The translations under genes and the position numbers were made by a program. Of a stretch of 64,000 nucleotides of DNA, positions 21,648 through 29,783 are shown piece by piece. Each line of letters begins with the position of its first letter. Positions within the stretch are counted from its first letter, which is position 1. Below the pieces are notes generated by a model, which was not told where the DNA came from, searched no databases, and saw only the letters and a list, made by a program, of their open reading frames with translations. The DNA is from a virus (lineage: Duplodnaviria > Caudoviricetes). The stretch is from positions 9,144-73,143 of the IMG/VR virus record IMGVR_UViG_3300020577_004796. The stretch is one strand, 5' to 3'.

Positions 21648-21718
21648 CACGGATAGAATGAATCGAACACTCGTTAAAGGTTTTGGAGGCCCTTGTACTG
21701 CCACTGTACGATATCCGT
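21648..21718 (-). tRNA. trnW: tRNA-Trp(CCA)
   Basis: Acceptor ACGGATA/TATCCGT, D-arm GTAC/GTAC, anticodon loop CTCCAAA, T-arm GAGTG-TTCGATT-CATTC; CCA end not encoded. Confidence 0.9.
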
Positions 21719-21826
21719 AAATAAGATAAGAAAACTAGCGTCTGGTTCAAACAGAGCTCACGCCGATATTCACTAGACTAATCTAGCTAGCCCCTGCTAT
21801 AGAAGGTCCTTCTAGCTTTCTTATTG

Positions 21827-21900
21827 TTGCGGCGGCTGGCTACGATCCAGCGATCTTGTGGTTATGAGCCACACGAGATAGTCCCCTTCTCCACGCCACA
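21827..21900 (-). tRNA. trnM: tRNA-Met(CAT), fMet-like architecture
   Basis: Acceptor TGTGGCG/CGCCGCA, anticodon arm TGTGG-CTCATAA-CCACA, variable AGATC, T-arm GCTGG-ATCGTAG-CCAGC. Confidence 0.88.
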
Positions 21901-21951
21901 ATGTACTAATAATATACTAACTTATTTTTAATCTAACAAATATTTGTTTTT

Positions 21952-22197
21952 CTAATACCTAGGTTCTGCTTTATTCTGTAAAAGAAAATCCCCAAAAGCA
22001 GCAAAGAATTCGTGCTCATCATCTATCTGGATCAGCTCTCCTATCTGTTTAAAAGTCATTCCACCCAAATTAGGATTAAGGGCCATATCCCTAGCATCTT
22101 TACATCTAATCTTCCAATCCTGCTCTCTAGGTGCCCTTTCTTGACCTTCCTGGGCCCCTTCCTGCCCTTCTATCTGTTCTTCTATACTATTCTCCAT
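21952..22197 (-). CDS. Hypothetical protein
   Basis: 81-aa ORF. Confidence 0.5.
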   Translation of the reverse strand: MENSIEEQIEGQEGAQEGQERAPREQDWKIRCKDARDMALNPNLGGMTFKQIGELIQIDDEHEFFAAFGDFLLQNKAEPRY

Positions 22198-22429
22198 ATA
22201 AATTATCTTTTAAAGCTTTCTCAAACATTTTCATACCTTCTTCTCCAGTGAATACGCTAGGATGTCCAGGAATTCTAATCTCATATCCCCAATTGCCATG
22301 ATCTATTATTCTAGGGTATTCTTCTTTTAATATTTTTAAAACCGTTGCTTCAATTTGCTCTTTTGTGATTTTCTCTATAATTCTCTTTTTCTTTTTAAAT
22401 GAAGAGAAATTTAAAAACTTTTTTTTCAT
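22187..22429 (-). CDS. Hypothetical protein; first gene of the leftward unit
   Basis: 80-aa ORF next to the strand switch. Confidence 0.45.
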   Translation of the reverse strand: MKKKFLNFSSFKKKKRIIEKITKEQIEATVLKILKEEYPRIIDHGNWGYEIRIPGHPSVFTGEEGMKMFEKALKDNLYGE

Positions 22430-22884
22430 ATTATTATTTTTTCACACCTTTGCCGCCCCTACCTGTTAAAAGATAACTAATAGCATAGGTACAAACAATA
22501 AAGACAATTAAATCTGGTATGTATCTCATATAACAAAGATACAACAAATAATCCATTTAACCAAATAAAGTTTCGTAATAAAACTAATTTTTTGTTATTT
22601 GTTACGTAAAAATATTTTTTATAAAATTTTTCTAGGAAAAAATTGACTGGATTAGTGAGGCTTAAAACTTTATATAATATTTTTTGTACAGAAATTCGAG
22701 TGTTAGAACTAACCCTAGTAGACATCCCTCTGTTTGTTTCGGGGGCAAGTACCCCCCGTACAAGTATCTCGTGTTGCGTTTCACGTAACACCTCATCTTG
22801 TTTCGTCTTCATGTTTTGTATTTCTCTTATTATACAACAGGTGCGTGACTACCTGTCTAAAACAAAGTGTCGCTCTCGTGCGTT

Positions 22885-23526
22885 ATGAAACAACCACGTA
22901 TTGTATTGTTGACCCGTTTGACGGGCAGTTCTCTCGCTAAGTTCCCATCTGTAGCATGGATTAACGGCGACAGGACAAAGATTGCTTCCATAGAGAAGAA
23001 TCTTCGTGACCAAATCCTTGAGGTTGCGGGTATTGAGAAGGGCGATGACCTTGCCCAATTGTCTTCGGACGCTCAACACGTAAACATCTACGCTTTGATA
23101 GGTACTCGTACCTTGACAGCGCAGGTTGCTACTGATGAGCAGGTTGCCATGAATACTGGTGCTAATGCGGCTAACAACCCTACAGCAGACCAGTTGGGTC
23201 ATGTCTTCCCTAATCCGCTGGACGAAAGCCAAATGCTCATCACCGTGGAGCCTTACTATCAGGACTTAGTCCTCAAGGTATCGGACACCACAGCAGGTCT
23301 CATCGACCAACTGTCAGGTGAAGAGGAATCAGCCGCATGGTCAGCATTCGAAGTGGCTAATGAAAAGCTTGCCGCTTCATTCACCAAAGCAGTTGCCGCA
23401 GAAAGCCTCAAGGCTGAACAGCGTGCTAAGCTTGCTGAACTGAATGCAAAACGTGCAGCCCTCAAGGCTAAAGAGCTCACAGGCGCTCCTGCACCACAGC
23501 CTGAAACCGAAAACGTTGAGGGATAA
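22885..23526 (+). CDS. First rightward (early) gene; Ala-rich protein with C-terminal coiled coil
   Basis: Likely ATG at 22885 (MKQPRIV); visibly more GC-rich than the rest of the window; followed by a terminator. Confidence 0.7.
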   Translation: MKQPRIVLLTRLTGSSLAKFPSVAWINGDRTKIASIEKNLRDQILEVAGIEKGDDLAQLSSDAQHVNIYALIGTRTLTAQVATDEQVAMNTGANAANNPTADQLGHVFPNPLDESQMLITVEPYYQDLVLKVSDTTAGLIDQLSGEEESAAWSAFEVANEKLAASFTKAVAAESLKAEQRAKLAELNAKRAALKAKELTGAPAPQPETENVEG

Positions 23527-23568
23527 TCTCATCGTTCGGTAAGTTCTTTGAAATATGATTGAAGATAA

Positions 23569-23612
23569 TGGACTACATTGTGCCGTAATGGTACCGTGTA
23601 GTCCTTATTTTT
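23569..23612 (+). terminator. Intrinsic terminator
   Basis: GGACTACA...TGTAGTCC stem followed by TTATTTTT. Confidence 0.65.
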
Positions 23613-23622
23613 CTCTCATACG

Positions 23623-23784
23623 CGAATGAGTTTGGTACTATTGGTGCTCCCTTCGGTCGCTAATTAATAATGCTCGTTCCTCGCGTCCTACCCATTTGGC
23701 TGGTCAAGTCCCATCAGCAGAGCGAATGAGTAACGTATGCACGAATGAGTAGTCTATTGACGTCCGAACATGACGCGAATGAGT
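23623..23784 (+). repeat. Four direct copies of CGAATGAGT
   Basis: Exact copies at 23623, 23723, 23742 and 23776 in non-coding DNA. Confidence 0.85.
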
Positions 23785-24180
23785 AACCTGTCCTACGGGA
23801 TTTAATCATTTAATAACCAAATTGACCAGTTTAATCATATTTGCATATTATTAGTCATCTAGTATATGATTTATCATAGGAACTAGATTGAAAAGTCTCA
23901 GTTTACTACTAATAATATGTAATAATGTCTTTATATGATACGTTTAAACACTAACACACATTTCTTATGTTTACCTTTATTCACTCTACACTCAAAAAGT
24001 TTGGATTGAGCGACTAAGACTATTATGTGGGTGAAATGTATAAATATACATCCTAAAATGTTGCAAGGGCTTAACTTACCCTTCTATCTCTAAGGAGATA
24101 CTGGTTACAACAAAATATTCAAATCCCAAATGTAATTTTAATTATTTAGAGCGTAAGTCTACGATACAGGCATTAATACA

Positions 24181-24381
24181 ATGTACGAAGTATTAAAAGA
24201 AATAGGAAAAACCAAGGGTATTCTTGGTATCATTGATGCAATCTATGGTGAATCATTAGCTTCAGCTATGGATGCAGGCTATGATAATCTAACGACAGAA
24301 CAGAAAGCTACTAACTTTAGAAGGTTATGTGATTATAATGCTGAATCATTTATCAAAAGACTTAAAGAAGATATTAAATAA
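24181..24381 (+). CDS. Hypothetical protein
   Basis: 66-aa ORF. Confidence 0.45.
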   Translation: MYEVLKEIGKTKGILGIIDAIYGESLASAMDAGYDNLTTEQKATNFRRLCDYNAESFIKRLKEDIK

Positions 24382-24634
24382 CCTTTGAATACATCCAATA
24401 TAGATAGTAATGTCTTGAGGATGTGTTCTTATATTGCTTCTTTAGATAAGGGCGGTGCCAATAATTATAGTTATAAGTATTAGGACACATTAATTATTCG
24501 CATCCACCTTATCTAAAGAATTGTAATGCACCACAACTCAGAGGTATAACCAATCCTCACTGATTATATGAACTAATGGCTCAATGCAGAGTTGACTTGA
24601 TTCGTACTCAAGATATATCAGTCTTCCCAAGGGA

Positions 24635-24666
24635 TTTGGAATTGTTAATAATAAGTTGTACCTTTG
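24635..24666 (+). promoter_or_regulatory. Bacteroidota promoter driving the GIY-YIG gene
   Basis: TTTG-N20-TACCTTTG, 4 nt before ATG 24671. Confidence 0.8.
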
Positions 24667-24670
24667 TGGT

Positions 24671-25213
24671 ATGATTTACATATATACAATTACAAGTCCT
24701 ACGGGAAGGGTTTATGTGGGACAGACCATTAATCCTACAAAGAGAAAACACCTCTATAAGTCATTACATTGTAAGACACAATATCTCATTTATAATTCCA
24801 TATTGAAATATGGCTGGGATGCACATGTGTTTACTGTTATAGCAGAATTACCTATCGAATATGGAGATGATGCAGAAATAGCATATATTTCCTATTATAG
24901 GGCCTATCATACTGATGGTGGACTTAATCTTACTACAGGAGGATTACGCCCTAAAATGACTGTAGAAACAAAACAGAAACTATCTGCTGCTATTATGGGA
25001 GCAAAGAATGCCAGAGCTAAGAAACTATATCAATATACATTAGATAAACAACTCATTAAAATATGGGATTGTATGAAATGTATTGAGAGAGAACTTGGTT
25101 ATGGTACATCTTGGTTATCTATAGCAGCTAAAAATAATAAACAAGCTTACGGCTATCTATGGTCATATGAACCTCTGCAAGGGCTAGATGAATGGGTAAT
25201 CTGTTCATGGTAA
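24671..25213 (+). CDS. GIY-YIG homing endonuclease with NUMOD1-like C-terminus
   Basis: MIYIYTITSPTGRVYVGQT, LNLTTGG, AYGYLWSY. Confidence 0.9.
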   Translation: MIYIYTITSPTGRVYVGQTINPTKRKHLYKSLHCKTQYLIYNSILKYGWDAHVFTVIAELPIEYGDDAEIAYISYYRAYHTDGGLNLTTGGLRPKMTVETKQKLSAAIMGAKNARAKKLYQYTLDKQLIKIWDCMKCIERELGYGTSWLSIAAKNNKQAYGYLWSYEPLQGLDEWVICSW

Positions 25214-25438
25214 CTCTCAGAGTGTAAAAGCCAGTTACAATAGAGTGCAGAGGGAAAATACCTATATATCCTATCTTTTTGTTATAACTTATTGATAATC
25301 AATGAATGTATGTCAAGTTTACTTTACATTTTGTAAAGTTTAGTGTACATTTGTAATAGACCCTGATCACAATCTTGGTTTATTACCTATTTTCTCTTAT
25401 CTCTCATTTATTACTAACTATTAATAACTTATAGCATT

Positions 25439-25702
25439 ATGTCACAAGAATATACAAATGGATGGATTGGTCTCACTAAATCCAAGTGGACTGAAATGAA
25501 CAATACTATCTCTAATCAATTACCAGTATTCTGTCGTGTATCTTCAGGATTAGGTTTATGTGCTGAAGAAACATTAAGAGCTAATGGTATTCATCCTGAC
25601 TTTGTTCCTATAGTATTTAAAAGTAATTACTCTACTATAGGTAAACTACTACTAGAAATAGAACAAGTTGTTCCTATTACTTATGTAGATATTCCTGATT
25701 AA
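25439..25702 (+). CDS. Hypothetical protein
   Basis: 87-aa ORF. Confidence 0.5.
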   Translation: MSQEYTNGWIGLTKSKWTEMNNTISNQLPVFCRVSSGLGLCAEETLRANGIHPDFVPIVFKSNYSTIGKLLLEIEQVVPITYVDIPD

Positions 25703-26358
25703 ATGCATTTATCAATATTTTCATATTAGTTAAAACTCTCATGTTTACCAAGTAAACAAAATGCGTATAAACCAGAGTAATGTGATCTTTATGATCTTAA
25801 GCCTCTACGGACTATTTGTTTACTATTATTCTATTCTTCTTAAGAATAGTTTGTTCTTAGGTATAGAATAGATTTCTCATGATTCGATCTCTTATTCTTA
25901 TGTTTAACTGAAAAATGCAAGGCAGTTCCACACATATATGTATTTCTAGAATACGTATAAAACTCTAATAATTAGGTTCTTTAAATCCAGTAAGCGATTA
26001 ACGCTGGAAGATTTCATCCCTAACATTGTAAAGAGTAAATATATAGATAAGTTAGGCATAACTGATTCTATTAACATTGTGTATTATAACTATTTCTTCT
26101 TGAGATAGATAGTAGCAGTGGCTGTGATGTGGTAAGAACTAATAAGTATTATATAAATAACAGTTATATAATATGAAAATGTTCTGATGCAGATAATGCA
26201 TAACAAATCAAGATTATCCTAAGGTTCTCATATCTAGACTGGTGTTACCTGGAAGATATGTAATAGCACATGGTTTTGAGAGTCCATGTGCTATTATTTT
26301 TACTTATTTTCACACTAATACATAAATGCAAATCATTCACTCATAAAGCAATTTTATT

Positions 26359-26955
26359 ATGATACGTTACAAACTCACAGATCAGAACATGAAAACTTAT
26401 AATGGTTTTCAATGGAAAATAGGTAAGAAAATGATTACTTCTGGTTCAGGAGAATTATGTAGTTCAGGATGGCTTCATTGTTATTCCGATCCTAATTTAG
26501 CTATTCTTTTCAATCCTATTCATGCAAATATTCAAAATCCAAGACTCTTTAAAGTTGAATGTGCGGGTTTACATAAAACAGATAAAGGATTAAAGGAAGG
26601 ATTTACAGAAATGACTATAATAGAAGAAATAACAATTCCAAGTATTTCTTCTATTCAAAAAATAGAATTTTCTATATATTGTTCTTTACAAGTATATAAA
26701 GATTCTAACTATGTTAATTGGGCTAATAATTGGCTAAATAATATAGATCGTTCAGAGTCAGCAGCACGGACAGCAGCATGGACAGCAGCACGGACAGCAG
26801 AGTCAGCAGCATGGACAGCAGCACAGGCAGCACAGGCAGCAGAGTCAGCAGCATGGACAGCAGAGTCAGCAGCACAGGCAGCAGAGTCAGCAGCACGGAC
26901 AGCAGCAATTGATTTTATCTCTATTATTAATAAAGTATTAAATCGTACAAAATGA
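26359..26955 (+). CDS. Phage protein with Ala-rich low-complexity repeat (AAWTAA/AESAA)
   Basis: N-terminal YKLTD...GWLHCY...LFKVE domain plus a repeat tract. Confidence 0.7.
   Translation: MIRYKLTDQNMKTYNGFQWKIGKKMITSGSGELCSSGWLHCYSDPNLAILFNPIHANIQNPRLFKVECAGLHKTDKGLKEGFTEMTIIEEITIPSISSIQKIEFSIYCSLQVYKDSNYVNWANNWLNNIDRSESAARTAAWTAARTAESAAWTAAQAAQAAESAAWTAESAAQAAESAARTAAIDFISIINKVLNRTK
26755..26908 (+). repeat. Coding tandem repeat built from GCAGCA/GAGTCA/TGGACA units
   Basis: In-frame 9-12-nt unit shuffling within the 26359 ORF. Confidence 0.85.
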
Positions 26956-27250
26956 AAAAGCTCATTAAACTAATGCATTCTCTTACTTGTAAAGTATGTG
27001 GATGGCATATAAGACATTGTAAATGTCATTAATTTAATTCTTCAGATAGAATACAATGAAAATGTTGCGTTATATGATGCAAATTATTAAATACTTGCAT
27101 TATTCTATCTAAAGAATTAAATGCATACCAAACCTCAGAGGAGTTATATCCCTCACTGATTAGACAATAACTTAACACGGTAACAATTCTGTAATGTTTA
27201 AACTGATTCAAAAGGATTAAAATGTTTCAGTACATGGTTTTACAGGACGA

Positions 27251-27355
27251 GGAGGATGTTGGCTTGAAAGCAGCAATCATTTAAAGAGTGGGATGGCAAA
27301 TATGTTTTTTCTATTTTTATAGAGATAAATACCCTTTGGCGTAACAGCACACTCC
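27251..27355 (+). ncRNA. 23S rRNA H43/H44 (uL11-binding domain) mimic, copy 1
   Basis: GGAG-GATGTTGGCTTGAAAGCAGCAATCATTTAAAGAGT-[insert]-GCGTAACAGCAC-A-CTCC aligns base for base with 23S nt ~1052-1107. Confidence 0.8.
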
Positions 27356-27605
27356 AAGTTAAGTTTAATCAGTCTTTCTCCCAAAGAGTGAGGTGTTGTA
27401 ATGAGATAGGCAGGTCCCCAAAGACGGATAATAATGTAAATTAAAGAAACCGTGTTTACTACTAGCTAAGTGATTAGAAACGTAGACTAGCAATAGGTCA
27501 GCGGTAAAGAGCATGTATCTCTATTACAACAAGGTATATTGGGTGCTGATAGGAAAGACTATCCCTCTTCGGAGGTTATTCAATTCACTCATTAAAACAA
27601 TACTA

Positions 27606-27944
27606 ATGAAAAAGACATACATATTCAGATATGATACAAAGGATGGTAAATTCTTAGGCTATCATTATGATAGTTTCTGTACTACAGGTAACAGTGTTAT
27701 AGAAGCTAAAAGATATCCAATGACTACAGAAGTACTTCCAGAACAAATGAAGACCATTCGGGAGAATCTGGAATCATTATGTAAGAGATATACTAATAAC
27801 ATGTTCCATGGGCATCCTGTAGCTGATGTCATACTCTCTGAAGAAGAACTGACAGAGTCCGTAGAACAACAGTACCCACATACCATGAAATGGGCCAGAA
27901 TAGAACTGGTAGATGGAGAAATACAAACTGTATCAACTCCTTAA
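27606..27944 (+). CDS. Hypothetical early protein
   Basis: Likely start MKKTYIF after a TTCACTCATT leader. Confidence 0.6.
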   Translation: MKKTYIFRYDTKDGKFLGYHYDSFCTTGNSVIEAKRYPMTTEVLPEQMKTIRENLESLCKRYTNNMFHGHPVADVILSEEELTESVEQQYPHTMKWARIELVDGEIQTVSTP

Positions 27945-27971
27945 TTCACTCACTTTAAAAACACATCAGGT

Positions 27972-28295
27972 ATGAACGCTAAACAAGAATTCCTAGGACA
28001 TATAGGAACCCGTATAGTAAAATGTGCTATAATACGAATAGGAGATATATATATGGATGAAGATGTAATAACTAACCTATTACCTGTAGGAGCATCTAGT
28101 ACACAGTCAGAAACATTTCTGCAGAGTATAGATAGAAATTACAATAATGGGTATGGTACTCAAGAACTATTTGGTACTATATGGTATACTGATGGTACCT
28201 GGTCTAGCAGAGGTGAATATGATGGCAGTGAATGGTGGGAACATCATAAATGCCCGGATATACCAAAAGAACTACAACAGAAGCAATATCTATAG
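27972..28295 (+). CDS. Conserved-looking phage hypothetical protein
   Basis: YNNGYGTQELFGTIWYTDGTWSSRGEYDGSEWW motif of a common small phage family. Confidence 0.65.
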   Translation: MNAKQEFLGHIGTRIVKCAIIRIGDIYMDEDVITNLLPVGASSTQSETFLQSIDRNYNNGYGTQELFGTIWYTDGTWSSRGEYDGSEWWEHHKCPDIPKELQQKQYL

Positions 28296-28503
28296 GTGGT
28301 GTGGTAGAGAATGTTGGCTTGAAAGTAGCCATCATCTAAGGAGTAGGTGAGAACCCTAAGCACAGTGGCAATCTCTGGTAATGGGAGATATGAAGTGGGC
28401 ATGGGATAAATTCAAAAGTTGGGTGGATTAAACGCCACTACCTGGTAGTCATTATACCAGCCTTTTGGTGTAACAACACACTCTGTCACATCATCTATAG
28501 ATA
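28287..28503 (+). ncRNA. 23S rRNA H43/H44 mimic, copy 2, on a 22-bp closing stem
   Basis: AGAG-AATGTTGGCTTGAAAGTAGCCATCATCTAAGGAGT-[insert]-GTGTAACAACAC-A-CTCT; closing stem 28288-28309/28481-28502 is fully paired with 4 G-U. Confidence 0.85.
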
Positions 28504-28527
28504 CTTATAGTAAAACAACAATATCCC

Positions 28528-28660
28528 CCTCTGTAGGGGTAGTGGTAGAAAATGATATATAGCAGTTAAGTCAAAGATCCGGAAAATGGCCCATGGAGGT
28601 ACTAGACACACCTGGTCATCTGCAGTATGGATATATCAGCTACCATTACCTCTACAGAGG
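28528..28660 (+). ncRNA. Long-stem structured RNA element B
   Basis: 21-bp stem CCTCTGTAGGGGTAGTGGTAG/CTACCATTACCTCTACAGAGG (2 G-U) enclosing further stems. Confidence 0.6.
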
Positions 28661-28731
28661 ATTAAGTTAACAACAGTACAGATATTAATACCTTTGTATA
28701 ACAATCACTCACAAATAAAACAACTAACAAA

Positions 28732-28823
28732 TACCTGTAGAGTATGGTGTAGAACTTAGAAAGAACTAATAAGTGTGGGTAAAATGCTGTGGCTAATAAC
28801 CATATACATCATCTCTACAGGTA
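28732..28823 (+). ncRNA. Long-stem structured RNA element C
   Basis: ACCTGTAGAG(T)ATGGTGTA/TACATCAT-CTCTACAGGT stem. Confidence 0.55.
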
Positions 28824-28838
28824 ATATAAAACATTAAA

Positions 28839-29042
28839 ATGGGAAAGAATACTGCAAGGAATAATCCAGGTAAAGTTAATGGTGATATTGGTCAGGGAGT
28901 AAAACGTAAGGACAACCCAGAACTATGGCATAAACTACACGGACATGCTGTAAACTATAAAGGTAAAAGACACAATAATGCATTAGGCTCACTATACGGG
29001 AAACCTGATAGAGAAGAATATTATAAATACGAATCTGAATAA
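28839..29042 (+). CDS. Hypothetical small basic protein
   Basis: 67-aa ORF. Confidence 0.4.
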   Translation: MGKNTARNNPGKVNGDIGQGVKRKDNPELWHKLHGHAVNYKGKRHNNALGSLYGKPDREEYYKYESE

Positions 29043-29361
29043 ACACTCTGAAGTAAGCCTTGTTGTAATAGGTATAAGTATTAGGGTCTCTGATGTAATA
29101 TTCAGGCTTGTCTAACCTTTTAACAACTATTACAACAGGCTTATGGAAGAGTATTAAACAATGACTATTTAAAAAATAACTTATGAGATATAGATTTGAT
29201 ACTTGTTATAATAAACAAAAAACCAGCACATGGCTGCATTTTTATATCTTACCTTCTATAGGATTTGAAATGCAAAAACCTAAATTAGCAGCGAGATATT
29301 GGGAATTTCATTTTGGCTGGTTATTTTGGAATCTTATTATATCGTTTTAAACAATATTAAT

Positions 29362-29571
29362 ATGGCTACTAAATTTATAACTCTAAATAGAGCAAAAGAC
29401 CTTGAAGTAAGTATAGGTTGGCTTTCTAATTATCAAAATAAATCTGGAGAAAAACATGTAATTGGTAATTCTTTAGAGGATATAGATGCAGAAGCTACTG
29501 AAAAACTTAAACAACTTTCAAAGTTAAATAAAGAACGTGAAAGTTTATTAACTTGGTTCAAACAATATTGA
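29362..29571 (+). CDS. Hypothetical protein
   Basis: Likely start MATKF. Confidence 0.45.
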   Translation: MATKFITLNRAKDLEVSIGWLSNYQNKSGEKHVIGNSLEDIDAEATEKLKQLSKLNKERESLLTWFKQY

Positions 29572-29592
29572 TAACACATAAAAGCAAACAAC

Positions 29593-29757
29593 ATGAAAAA
29601 GTCAACAATAATACTTGGTATAATATCTCTGATACTGTTCATCTGTAGTGCCATCTATGACAGTCCCATACTGTTCATGATAGGGTTCGCTACCTGTATA
29701 ACAGCATGTCTGATACAGGGATGGGATACATGGTCAGCAGGAGATGATGAAGAATAA
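29593..29757 (+). CDS. Small membrane protein (54 aa)
   Basis: Hand translation MKKSTIILGIISLILFICSAIYDSPILFMIGFATCITACLIQGWDTWSAGDDEE; two hydrophobic segments. Confidence 0.5.
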   Translation: MKKSTIILGIISLILFICSAIYDSPILFMIGFATCITACLIQGWDTWSAGDDEE

Positions 29758-29783
29758 GTTCACTCACTAAAAATAAAAACATT

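Noticed and set aside
21721-21826. Theta/HDV-like ribozyme in the tRNA-Met trailer
   Set aside because: Hairpins are present, but I could not build the nested double pseudoknot adjacent to the tRNA 3' end.
25960-26010. Pistol or hammerhead ribozyme
   Set aside because: TAAGCG and CTGATG fragments occur, but the required cores and pseudoknot pairings are missing.
26755-26908. Possible CRISPR-like or DGR repeat array
   Set aside because: Repeats are in-frame Ala codon units with no unique spacers; no cas or reverse transcriptase gene in the window.
27223-27250. Sarcin-ricin-loop-like hairpin (CAGTAC...AGGACG) just upstream of mimic copy 1
   Set aside because: The AGTA/GAC bulged-G pattern is short and common, the GAGA tetraloop is absent, and copy 2 has no counterpart. 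Too weak to call.
27251-28503. Host 23S rRNA contamination or chimeric assembly
   Set aside because: Similarity is confined to the ~55-nt domain, interrupted by inserts, with compensated non-rRNA closing helices and two mutually divergent copies.
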